Part shown: positions 20,082-28,938 of the stretch, one piece after another
How positions within the stretch are numbered: position 1 is the first letter of the stretch
Layout of the letters: the number at the start of each line of letters is the position of its first letter
Origin: a virus
Length of the DNA: 64,000 bases
Strand: one strand, 5' to 3'
IMG/VR virus record: IMGVR_UViG_3300032325_000466
Span: 1 to 64,000 of that record
The notes under the pieces: model-generated
The model's input: only the letters and a program-made list of their open reading frames with translations
Databases searched by the model: none
What the model was told of the DNA's origin: nothing
Program-made: the position numbers and the translations under genes

Positions 20082-20878
20082 AATTTATTTGCCAATTCAA
20101 TACGCTGTTCATCGGTCATTTCATCACAACGGCTAGAACGGTCTGGCGCTCGCAACCAATCAACAGTACCTGATCGTGGGCCATATGCACTTTCGGCTGA
20201 ACGGAATACAAACCATGTAACAAATACCATACTGATAATAGCAATATGACCAATCATGTTGTAACCAATAGTCAATAGCTCACCAGCATAAAGCCCAAAT
20301 GCTAAACTCCAAAAACAACCTAACACGATACTGGTAAAATATCGGATGTATATAGGGGTATGTCGCAAGGGATTAATATTGGGATCTAGCAAGTTTTTAC
20401 CCGCACAAAACACACTATAGATAAATTTCAATAAACCAAACATTATTCAACTCCATATAGTTTTAAAATTTCTGCTCTAAATTCGCCATTACGAAAGTTA
20501 TCAGCGATTTCGTATAGCATAGTATAACACCCCATTGCGGCAATTTCATTGTGTTCGGGCAAATGTTTAACACCAGCAAGTCCAGCGAACTCTGGACCCC
20601 AATGCTGCTTATTGTCTTCAATATATTTGGCTTTCATCTTCAACTCTAAAATATTTTTTATCTTTTTAGTATGTCTGTCAATTCAGCATACTTTTCACTA
20701 TTCCATCTAGTAAGCCATGGAGTATTATCACATTCTTTGATAAAATCAAGTACAGCCTTCCTGCTACAACCTTCAATAGCTTCATACATACTAAGAGCCA
20801 TTACCTTAATACCTTGATACCTAATGACTATAGTCATATCTTCAGGATCTTCTATGTCCCAAGAGAGGTCTCTGGGGT

Positions 20879-21121
20879 TCATTCACTAACTCCGAAATGT
20901 TGTTCAAACCGTGTCATAAACTTATCAAGTTCTGCACCACGAATATCCAAACCTTGTTCATACCAAACTTTACCAAAGTTCTCTTTACATTCCCCGACAA
21001 TAAGTTCGGCGAACTTTTCGATATCCAAATTGGTTTTATTAATAAAAATCCCACCAATGGTAGAAACTGATGCTCCTGCCTGTTCGGCAAGTTCAAGGAT
21101 TCGTTCGTTCATCATTGACAC
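20879..21121 (-). CDS. Paralog family member 11
   Basis: MNERILELAEQAG...EKFAELIVGEC...HFGVSE. Confidence 0.75.
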   Translation of the reverse strand: MSMMNERILELAEQAGASVSTIGGIFINKTNLDIEKFAELIVGECKENFGKVWYEQGLDIRGAELDKFMTRFEQHFGVSE

Positions 21122-21314
21122 CGTCGGTTTAATTCAAAATGCTCTTGCAATAATTCTTCCATCCATTCATCGAACAGATACATGTCCAAATCGCCGTTTA
21201 CCAGTTCCCAATTTTCTTTAGACCCACCGCCAACTCTTCGAACTAGATTGTAGTCACAATGAAGGTACACAGTCATATACCAGTGCTGCTTGCGATATTC
21301 TACAGCTTCCAATC

Positions 21315-21533
21315 TCATTCACTAACCCCAAACTTATGTTTAACTGCCCAAGCCATTCTATGCTTGAACGAGGGATCAACATCTTGGTCTTCGATAACCT
21401 TAGCACAGGCACGAACCACCAATTCTACCAACCTAGTGGTATTTACCTCAGCAAAGTTACCACCTTCAGGATCACGATCACGATAAAAGTCGGTGCTTTC
21501 TTCAACCAACTGTTCAATTAATGTAGTGTTCAT
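21315..21533 (-). CDS. Paralog family member 12
   Basis: MNTTLIEQL...RLVELVVRACA...KFGVSE. Confidence 0.7.
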   Translation of the reverse strand: MNTTLIEQLVEESTDFYRDRDPEGGNFAEVNTTRLVELVVRACAKVIEDQDVDPSFKHRMAWAVKHKFGVSE

Positions 21534-23749
21534 TCAATGACCTCAAAAGTCACCCGCACCTTTGAACCAAAAGGAATCTCAGTGACGAACTTGTAATATT
21601 CATCGGGAAGTGGATTCCTGACATCATCAAACATCAGTTCCAGTCGGTTTAGCAGCCGACCTTTTTTGCGAGTATCTTCGTCGTCAAAAAGGGTAAGATC
21701 AAAAGTGGTTTTCATTTGTTAGGTGCCTGTGTTTGTGTAAATTGTTCGAAGGCCTGATCATATCCAGCCGCAAGTTTGGCGATACCAGAGGCATATGCCA
21801 TTTCGTATTGAAGGTTAGTAGTACGCCATTCAACCGTGTGTTCTTTTGGTTGGTTGAAACAAGATGCAATAAATTGGCTCGCAGTCATTTAGTAATATCC
21901 CGTAGAGTTAACCGTTGTTGAGCCAGGCAAATGAACCCGAGTCATTCATCTTGGGCGAGACAAAAGAAAGAAGATGCTGCTTTGCGGGCGGGATCGCAAG
22001 ACCAGAGTGAAAGTAAATCCAGCCTTCTTCGCAAATCGACTCAACCGTGTGATAGTCGGCCTTGTCGCCTTGAATTTTCAGCGTATCACCGGGGTAGAAT
22101 TCAGCTTGCATTTCGTAACTCCGTTTCTTCAGTGTATAGTGATAATATACAGCCAAAGCCATTTATTGTCAACTTATGCTGACCAGTAAGATTCGCTAGC
22201 AGGATTGCAGGACCATGGTGTGTCGTGTTCAATTTGAACATCTTTGCCAGTCATTAAATTCTTTACAGTCTTCATTGTAGCAAAGAATTCGATGCGGAAG
22301 CCCTTGCTCACAGGCCACAGTTCGTATTGCAATTCACGGACTTCACGCTTCATCTCTGCCGCGTCACGGTTGCGCCAAACTGTGGTACTGACCAGGCGCT
22401 CACCGGACTTGGTACGCCGGTCTGCTTTGTAGATGTACATAGTGTAAGCTTGGGTCGTCATCTGACTGTCCTTTATTTAACTGTCTATATAATGATTATA
22501 CACCCAAAGCCATTTATTGTCAAATGTCTTATTCGACTTCCACTTCTTGGACGATGTATGAATTCTCCGGGTCGTGGTCACGGCAGAGATCGCGTTCGGT
22601 GAGAGCCTTCTCAAAAGTGCTGAACGCACCGATGACCTCGCTAGCTAGGCTATCACCGCTTTCCCTAATCAGCAAATAAACTTTCATCTGTAACTCCGTT
22701 TTCTCAGTGTATAGTGATATTATACACCCGAACCCATTTATTGTCAACCGTGAACCAACTGTTGGTTAAATACCTTTACAGCGGGTAACATTAGGAATTG
22801 TGTTGGTGATTCAGTTAAAATAGATATGACTTCTAATTTCTCAGGATCCCACTCTAAATACTGTGCTGCATCATCATATGCGATTAGTGCAAGTATAGCA
22901 CCGCGAGCCAGTATCGATCCATATCCGGCGCCAGTACCAGCGCCTTCGTTGCCGACACCATAAAGAACTTCAAGCCAAGTCTTATATCTAGTCGAACTCC
23001 TAATTATGTTATCAGCCGTATGCCAAGCATCATGAAATCGAGGACGGTCCCAAAGCTCTTCATCAGCCATATAAATCTCTTTCCACATCTTTGGTTTAGA
23101 CCTTAGTGAGGACAATATACAGTCAATGTAGTGTGCGTTTGGCAAATAGCCCCATTCATTAGTCATTGAATTTCCTATGTTGGGGTTCGCCGTTTTTAAT
23201 GCCTACGATCAAACTCCCAGCACCCAAAATAACAACGATGATGATGCTTACCCAAAATGAATATTCGATTCTCATATCAGGTATGATAAGTTGCACTACC
23301 CAAATTGCTGCCATAGGTAAAAGAATAGAGAGCCCACAACCTGCTATGATAATCAAAAATAAAAGAATGCAATACTTGGAATATCATTTTATCTTTTAAC
23401 AGAAAGTTAAAAAAGAATGATACTTCATACTATGATTGTCGTCAAGTTTAATGGAGAACTTGACCTATTGAGGTATTTAAGTAGAGTTTGATTTCTTTGC
23501 GTAGTTCTTTTTCAGTATAACCCATTTGACCCAATTGTTGCACTAACCATGCAAACAAGCTATGTGTAGCGAATCCTGACATATATTCTTCATCATCATT
23601 TTGGAATTCGAATTGAGTTAGTATAGGCAAGATACTTTCTTCAATAAATTCAGCGGCCATTTTCGCGCTGTTTTCTATTTGCTGATCATGTTCCGAGGAA
23701 GTTTCTAATTTTTTTTCAGTTTTAGCCATATCATAACTCTCTCAGTAAT

Positions 23750-23847
23750 GAACCCTGTTTAAAATAAACGAGTAGCGAATTCATTTATTTAAGGCCGGGT
23801 TCCCGCCTACCCTCGTAACGCAAGTTACGGTCCTAAGGGTGTTCTTT
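23750..23847 (-). ncRNA. Candidate structured intergenic RNA
   Basis: ACCCT/AGGGT, CGTAAC-TTGC-GTTACG and GGC(G)GG/CC(C)GGCC helices in a non-coding gap. Confidence 0.5.
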
Positions 23848-24265
23848 ACGCAACTTTACACTTATTTAGTATCTTGCTAAGTAGCATGAAATTACTAGCC
23901 ACATTGATATAAAATTCATCGGGTGGTCGCTGAGTATAAGCTAACTGATCATATGCTATCTGACCCAAATTAGCATAATATGTATTAGTGGGCCAGCGAT
24001 TTTTTGCTAACTCTAATCCATCTATCAATAGACATTCTTCTGCTGCACACAGTAATGTTGATTTCTTTTGTGCTGTGGGTAACTTAGCACCAGTCATCAT
24101 GCGAATACAAATTGGATCTTGGTTAATAAGGGGTTTGTCTAAATACCTAGCAAATAAATGCACCATATATGCTTCAGTATCATGTTCTAAATTGACCGAC
24201 AACTTGGCTTCTGCTTCAAGAATTACTTCGTAACTATGTTTAACATAAGTCAAGAAATGTTGCAT
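23846..24265 (-). CDS. Hypothetical protein
   Basis: ORF track. Confidence 0.6.
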   Translation of the reverse strand: MQHFLTYVKHSYEVILEAEAKLSVNLEHDTEAYMVHLFARYLDKPLINQDPICIRMMTGAKLPTAQKKSTLLCAAEECLLIDGLELAKNRWPTNTYYANLGQIAYDQLAYTQRPPDEFYINVASNFMLLSKILNKCKVA

Positions 24266-24274
24266 GATGTATTC

Positions 24275-24757
24275 TTACAAAAAGGTATCTGCTATTCTTT
24301 TACAAAGCGAAACCAATTTTTTATTTTTGGTTTCTTGTGTATGAAATTTTTTATGTCTATGACTCTCGCTATCAACACCAGTTGGATCTTCATATCCACA
24401 ATATACTTTGCGTATACCTGTCGCATTAATCAAGTCTGTACAACTCTCACCCTCTCGGTCGCTCATTGGATAGCAGCAAGGGCTAAGAGTAGTTACTATT
24501 ATGCAACCATTGGGCACTTGACCATACTTCTCACTATAGTTCTCTAATGCGGCTCTTTCAGCATGTACATGCTTTCCCTTTTCATTTACATAGTTTATAC
24601 CATATACTCGGTTGTCATCGTGGTCTATAACACAGGCAGCAACTCGACCAAAAGCTTGGGGGTCTTTTTGTTGGCCAAGCATAACTAGTTGGCAGCAATT
24701 TGCCAATATACCATCTAACTTGGCGTGCTTGAAAATAGTAAAGTCATCAGATTTCAT
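24275..24757 (-). CDS. Zinc-dependent deaminase (cytidine deaminase superfamily, RibD-N-like)
   Basis: HAE...LSPC...C motif; TAAATA upstream. Confidence 0.85.
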   Translation of the reverse strand: MKSDDFTIFKHAKLDGILANCCQLVMLGQQKDPQAFGRVAACVIDHDDNRVYGINYVNEKGKHVHAERAALENYSEKYGQVPNGCIIVTTLSPCCYPMSDREGESCTDLINATGIRKVYCGYEDPTGVDSESHRHKKFHTQETKNKKLVSLCKRIADTFL

Positions 24758-24799
24758 ATAAGTATTTATTAAATTTTTACAGAGTTACCTAAATAGCCA

Positions 24800-24828
24800 A
24801 AAAAATAGGGCCCTAAGGCCCTATTTTA
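24800..24828 (-). terminator. Intrinsic terminator
   Basis: AAAATAGGGCC/GGCCCTATTTT hairpin with T run. Confidence 0.8.
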
Positions 24829-24839
24829 GAATCCAATTT

Positions 24840-25106
24840 TTAAGCGGTGCGCTTGATAATATGAAAGCCAAACTGTGTTTGTACGATATCACTGATATTA
24901 CCAACATCAGTTGAGTGTGCAGCATCTTCAAACTCTTTAACCATTTGTCCACGGTCAAATTCACCTAAATCTCCACCAGCGCGGCCACTTGGGCAACGGC
25001 TAGCAATAAAAGCAATAGTGACAAAATCAGAACCATTTGTTAATAGTTCCTTAATAACTTGTGCTTGTTCTTGTGTTTCAACTAAAATGTGACTGGCTCT
25101 AATCAT
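24840..25106 (-). CDS. ppiC: Parvulin-type peptidyl-prolyl isomerase
   Basis: ASHILV, CPSGRAGGDLGEF, TQFGFHII. Confidence 0.95.
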   Translation of the reverse strand: MIRASHILVETQEQAQVIKELLTNGSDFVTIAFIASRCPSGRAGGDLGEFDRGQMVKEFEDAAHSTDVGNISDIVQTQFGFHIIKRTA

Positions 25107-25136
25107 GTATATCTCCTATAATGTAGTTTGGTGATA

Positions 25137-25210
25137 TGGTACCTCGTGACAGGATCGAACTGCCGTCTGCGCCGTGTAAAGACGCGGCCCTACCATTAGA
25201 CGAACGAGGC
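25137..25210 (-). tRNA. tRNA-Val(TAC)
   Basis: Cloverleaf, TT-TAC-AC loop, CCA. Confidence 0.9.
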
Positions 25211-25216
25211 AAATTC

Positions 25217-25453
25217 TTATTTAATCTTTCGCAAATATTCTACACCGATACTGCCCTCTTGCACTTCTAATAGTGAGGACATACCGGTATGTACGTGGTC
25301 AATATCCATGTTACCACTGTTTCTATGTTGCTTACTTAGTTCTCTTGCACGGGCGGCGGCAATTAAAATAATTTCAAACCTTCCTACCCCAGCTTGTGTT
25401 ACGCATTTTTCAATATCTAAATTTAGTGCGCGGCTTAGTTTTTTTGCCATATT
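25217..25453 (-). CDS. RNA polymerase omega subunit-like protein
   Basis: RFEIILIAAARAREL...SLLEVQEG matches RpoZ pattern; start probably MAKK (about 25450) rather than the track start 25471. Confidence 0.65.
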   Translation of the reverse strand, partial: NMAKKLSRALNLDIEKCVTQAGVGRFEIILIAAARARELSKQHRNSGNMDIDHVHTGMSSLLEVQEGSIGVEYLRKIK

Positions 25454-25625
25454 ATGCCTTTTTATCGTCAAGTGTTATTTTGTTTTTCACTGCTTCAAAG
25501 GCTTCATCCTCGGCCTTAGCATCTTCTACTATTCTGGGATCAGGCTTAGAAAAAATAGCATCCCAATTACTATCAAATGTAGTGCTATCTACACTAAACG
25601 GTCTTGGAGTGCTACCTTTGCTCAT
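25452..25625 (-). CDS. Small protein MSKGSTPRP... (57 aa), not in ORF track
   Basis: Manual translation; ATGA-coupled. Confidence 0.65.
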   Translation of the reverse strand: MSKGSTPRPFSVDSTTFDSNWDAIFSKPDPRIVEDAKAEDEAFEAVKNKITLDDKKA

Positions 25626-25753
25626 TTTCCCTGTCCTCGATATTGTTTAAAACTACGCTTTTGATTTTTGTTCATTGTGCTAGTCTTAACCTGTCCACCC
25701 TGACTAGTACGCTTTATTACTGCTGTATGTTTGTTACCACTTAGTTTAGCCAT
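25622..25753 (-). CDS. Small basic peptide ending YRGQGK (43 aa), not in ORF track
   Basis: GGAG RBS; MAKLSGNKHTAVIKRTSQGGQVKTSTMNKNQKRSFKQYRGQGK. Confidence 0.7.
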   Translation of the reverse strand: MAKLSGNKHTAVIKRTSQGGQVKTSTMNKNQKRSFKQYRGQGK

Positions 25754-25779
25754 CTTCAGTTTCTCCTAAAAATATTGAT

Positions 25780-25857
25780 TGGTCTCGGATGAGGGATTCG
25801 AACTCTCGACCTCCTGCTCCCAAAGCAGGCATTCTAACCGGGCTGAACTAATCCGAG
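25780..25857 (-). tRNA. tRNA-Pro(TGG)
   Basis: Cloverleaf, TT-TGG-GA, CCA. Confidence 0.9.
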
Positions 25858-25861
25858 TATA

Positions 25862-25935
25862 TGGTGGAGGTGGGGAGAATCGAACTCCCACGAAAAGCTT
25901 GCAAAGCTCCCAGGCTCCCATTACATCACACCCCC
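25862..25935 (-). tRNA. tRNA-Ala(TGC)
   Basis: TT-TGC-AA, G3:U70. Confidence 0.9.
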
Positions 25936-26011
25936 ATATTGAAACACACTCTAATTCATTTCCATCATTTGCACTAACGGCATCAGTACTAGAAGTGAAT
26001 GTATTTCAATA

Positions 26012-26096
26012 TGGTGCCCCGAGAGGGACTTGAACCCCCACCCCTTGCGAGACCAGAACCTAAATCTGGCGCGTCTGCCAATTTCGCCACCGGGGC
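26012..26096 (-). tRNA. tRNA-Leu(TAG)
   Basis: TT-TAG-GT, long variable arm. Confidence 0.9.
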
Positions 26097-26147
26097 CATA
26101 TTTCTTGCTAATATTTATACTACCTTGCAAGGTAGCTTTTTATTTAT

Positions 26148-26224
26148 TGGTGCCTCGACCTGGGCTCGAACCAGGGACCCCCGCCTTATCAAGACGGTGC
26201 TCTAACCAACTGAGCTATCGAGGC
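26148..26224 (-). tRNA. tRNA-Ile(GAT)
   Basis: TT-GAT-AA. Confidence 0.9.
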
Positions 26225-26231
26225 ATTATGA

Positions 26232-26376
26232 ATTTCAAGCGCCCAACTATCCCCACTGAGGGGACTCATTGGATTGTCTCAACAGTGCGAGTTTTTACAA
26301 ACCATATTCACGGTAAACTGTGGATGGCTAAGCCACCGCCGCTACTTGGGACTCAAGCCCTGCGTCTAGCTTGAAA
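26232..26376 (-). ncRNA. Candidate structured RNA of about 145 nt
   Basis: TTTCAAGC/GCTTGAAA closing stem, several internal hairpins, no credible ORF. Confidence 0.55.
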
Positions 26377-26379
26377 CTT

Positions 26380-26630
26380 GGAGTTAGCAGTTGATCACTG
26401 CCAACGATATAAAGTGCTTTCTCTTTGCGGCGGTAGTTATAGTACATCTTTAATGAGCGAGTTCTCGCATGACTGAGAAACTTTCCTCACTATGTTTACC
26501 TTCCACCCGCTTCCCGACCAAAAAGAATTATCGCATTGCCAGCGCCAGTTTGGTTAGACTAGAACCACCCGTCATTATCACATGACTTCTCATTGTGCGG
26601 GTCACACTATTGGCTGATTAGGCCAAACGT
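26380..26630 (-). ncRNA. Structured RNA of about 250 nt resembling the manA RNA motif
   Basis: TTGGC..GCCAATAGTGTGACCCGC, GACCCGC/GCGGGT, TGAGAA/TTCTCA and GTCAT/ATGAC pairings; family resemblance from memory only. Confidence 0.5.
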
Positions 26631-26643
26631 CCTTTAAAAATCT

Positions 26644-26734
26644 TGGCGGAGGGAGGCGGAGTCGAACCCCCAAGGCGCTATTAACGCTCAACTGTTTTCA
26701 AGACAGGTACCGTCACCAATCGGTTTGCCCCTCC
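26644..26734 (-). tRNA. tRNA-Ser(TGA)
   Basis: CT-TGA-AA, long variable arm, G73. Confidence 0.9.
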
Positions 26735-26967
26735 AAACATCCTATCATTAAATCCTAACTACAGCCCATTTAACACCAAAGCTTTTTCCTGCTTCTTTGT
26801 GTTTAATGATCTTTGCAAACTCTTCATTACGAAGAGTTATTATAGCGGCTTGGTCATGTTCGACGCAAGCTTTATATACTCTTTTAACTAACTTTTTCTG
26901 TTTCATTTTGATACTCTTTCATGAAAACAGTATTTAGTCGTTATTTATTACAGAAATATTACAACTT

Positions 26968-27219
26968 TTACCTAGCCTGTTCCCATGCCAGATATTTAAT
27001 ATGCTGTGGGTATAGAACATCGTGGTGACGCATCAGTCTGAAAATAGCATCACTGACTTCTTGGCTAAATCCAGCACGTTTGCCTTCCCTGCTATCAGTT
27101 ACGATTCGGTTGATAAAAAGGCTCATCTCAGGGTGGCCCCAAAAGATTTGGATACTTTTACCAATATGGGGGTGCATAGTATCGATAGTAATAAAGTTAG
27201 GGTTATGCTCAAGTTTCAT
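26968..27219 (-). CDS. Hypothetical protein (start corrected to MKLEH)
   Basis: Track start overlaps tRNA-Ser; HPHIGKSIQIFWG...RAGFS. Confidence 0.6.
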   Translation of the reverse strand: MKLEHNPNFITIDTMHPHIGKSIQIFWGHPEMSLFINRIVTDSREGKRAGFSQEVSDAIFRLMRHHDVLYPQHIKYLAWEQAR

Positions 27220-27264
27220 AGGATCATAGGATCCTCGCTGGGGGTTAAAAAAATTAAAAAGATT

Positions 27265-27361
27265 TGGCGGAGAGTGAGGGATTCGAACCCTCGAGCCCAA
27301 GTTTTTGCTCGGACTGTCTTCTTAGCAGGAAGGTGGTTTCAACCAGCTCACCCAACTCTCC
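27265..27361 (-). tRNA. tRNA-Ser(GCT)
   Basis: CT-GCT-AA, long variable arm. Confidence 0.9.
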
Positions 27362-27388
27362 TGAATACGGTTAAAAAAGATTGATATT

Positions 27389-27462
27389 TGGAGCATCCTG
27401 AGAGAATCGAACTCTCGACCGAGGATTGGAAATCCGCTATTTTACCATTAAACTAAGGATGC
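27389..27462 (-). tRNA. tRNA-Gly(TCC)
   Basis: TT-TCC-AA, U73. Confidence 0.9.
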
Positions 27463-27473
27463 GAATTTATATT

Positions 27474-27548
27474 TGGAGCGGGTAGTCGGGTTCGAACCGA
27501 CGACAGTCTCGTTGGCAACGAGATATTCTACCACTGAATTATACCCGC
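27474..27548 (-). tRNA. tRNA-Gly(GCC)
   Basis: TT-GCC-AA, U73. Confidence 0.9.
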
Positions 27549-27589
27549 ATTAAATCTATTTATACTACTATTGACTACTGTAAAAATAT

Positions 27590-27666
27590 TGGTGCCTCCA
27601 CCTGGACTCGAACCAGGAACTTACCGATTATGAGTCGGGTACTCTAACCAATTGAGTTATAGAGGC
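27590..27666 (-). tRNA. tRNA(CAT), probably Ile2 (lysidine type)
   Basis: GA-CT-CAT-AA-TCG arm like ileX. Confidence 0.8.
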
Positions 27667-27777
27667 GTAACTTATTGATAATACTATACCATATTGAAAT
27701 ACACTATTGGACGCTTCTCAGTCGTTTAAGATTTGCCTCCAGCCTATGCCTGCAAATCTCCTAATGTATTTTCAATA

Positions 27778-28070
27778 TGGTGCCCCGAGCCGGACTCGAA
27801 CCGGCACGCCTTACAGCGGAGGATTTTCTTACCACTATAGCTTTCGCTACCATTTCTGTTTGTGGTCTGGACTATACCTTCACCATTGCTCGCGCTTTAG
27901 GTGTCTGCCGTCTAGTCTCTACACCTTCAACAGTATTTCTACTGAAGCTTGGCTCGGTATTAGCATTTTACAGCCTTCACCGAATTTGACAGATTCTACT
28001 CCTAAGATTTCTCTCAGGGCACTCAAATTATCTATAAGTCCTCTACGTCTACCGATTCCGTCATCGGGGC
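27778..28070 (-). tRNA. tRNA-Leu(TAA), intron-containing
   Basis: Exons 28036-28070 and 27778-27827 join to GAGGA-CT-TAA-AA-TCCTC, 85 nt cloverleaf. Confidence 0.92.
27828..28035 (-). mobile_element. Group I intron (208 nt, no ORF, IC3-like)
   Basis: Exon ends in U, intron ends in G; P AAATTCGGTGAA, Q AATACCGAG, R GTAGAGACTAGACG, S GGTATAGTCC. Confidence 0.92.
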
Positions 28071-28084
28071 AATTTCTTTTTAAT

Positions 28085-28198
28085 GTTTAGATCGAAATGC
28101 ACTCGCATCTGCTTTTCGAGCCGCGTGTTCTACACCCTTGATTCCTAGACTAGTACTAGGGGTGTGTGCCCATTTACACCAGCACTTCGATCTAACCA
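28085..28198 (-). ncRNA. Candidate long-stem structured RNA of about 115 nt
   Basis: 14-bp closing stem TTAGATCGAAGTGC/GCATTTCGATCTAA behind promoter 28242-28270. Confidence 0.6.
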
Positions 28199-28266
28199 CT
28201 AATTTTTAAAGAGCGCGGCTGATTTCTCAGCGTATATGAGTATTATACTCTATATACTATTTCTTG

Positions 28267-28482
28267 TCAAGCCACAAAATCAAATGCAAATTCTCTGCCA
28301 AGTTTAGCAATTTGAACCTTGCCAGTACCGTATACACTTGACAGTTTATGAAATACTGATCGAGCAGTTGCTTCACTGCTTGTGAGAAAAAGAGTACCTG
28401 CTTGGAATTTAGCAGTATCAGGATCCCTAAGAATCGGGTCGATCAAGACAAGCACTTGGCCTTCAAATTTCCAATCAACCAT
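28267..28482 (-). CDS. Small hypothetical protein
   Basis: Promoter cassette plus RBS. Confidence 0.7.
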   Translation of the reverse strand: MVDWKFEGQVLVLIDPILRDPDTAKFQAGTLFLTSSEATARSVFHKLSSVYGTGKVQIAKLGREFAFDFVA

Positions 28483-28563
28483 GTTTTGCTCCGTTTCTTC
28501 AGTGTATATAGATATTATACACTACTGCCCATTTAATGTCAACCTGAGTAGAGTGCGAGAATT

Positions 28564-28770
28564 TTACTCTACAAACTCACGCACCCACTCAAACTTAGCT
28601 TCGCTGGCTTTTACCCATTTGAAGCTATGCTGCGTCCTCTTAGAGCGTTCAAAGTCGAAACAGATAAAGATCCAACCACACTCAGAAGAAAAGCCAACCG
28701 TTTCAGCGAACCTGACGATTTGAACGATTTTGCCTGAGCCGCTTTTTTCAATAAATTTAGCGATAATCAT
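28564..28770 (-). CDS. Small hypothetical protein
   Basis: Promoter cassette plus RBS. Confidence 0.7.
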   Translation of the reverse strand: MIIAKFIEKSGSGKIVQIVRFAETVGFSSECGWIFICFDFERSKRTQHSFKWVKASEAKFEWVREFVE

Positions 28771-28938
28771 TGGGGCTCCTTTCGTATCAATTTTTCAGTG
28801 TATGTGAGTATTATATACCCAAATCTATTTATTGTCAACCTGAACTTATATAGGTGTTGATAGAATCGACTGGGGCATGATTTACAAAGTCTGCATTTTT
28901 TTCATCCAATCTATCTATCAACTTTATCTTAAATTTAG

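Larger units (their letters stand above)
18256..23729 (-). other. Run of about 20 small early hypothetical ORFs (60-140 aa), tightly ATGA-coupled
   Basis: Contiguous minus-strand ORFs with GGAG RBSs and interspersed promoter cassettes. Confidence 0.7.

Noticed and set aside
25951-25997. Hammerhead or C/D-box elements in the first cargo (CTGATG, GAAA, ATGATG)
   Set aside because: Core is CTGATGC rather than CTGANGA, and the required stems are missing
26380-26630. GAGGAAAGT as RNase P CR-I
   Set aside because: It lies in the 3' half without P1-P3 context; the overall pattern fits a manA-like RNA better
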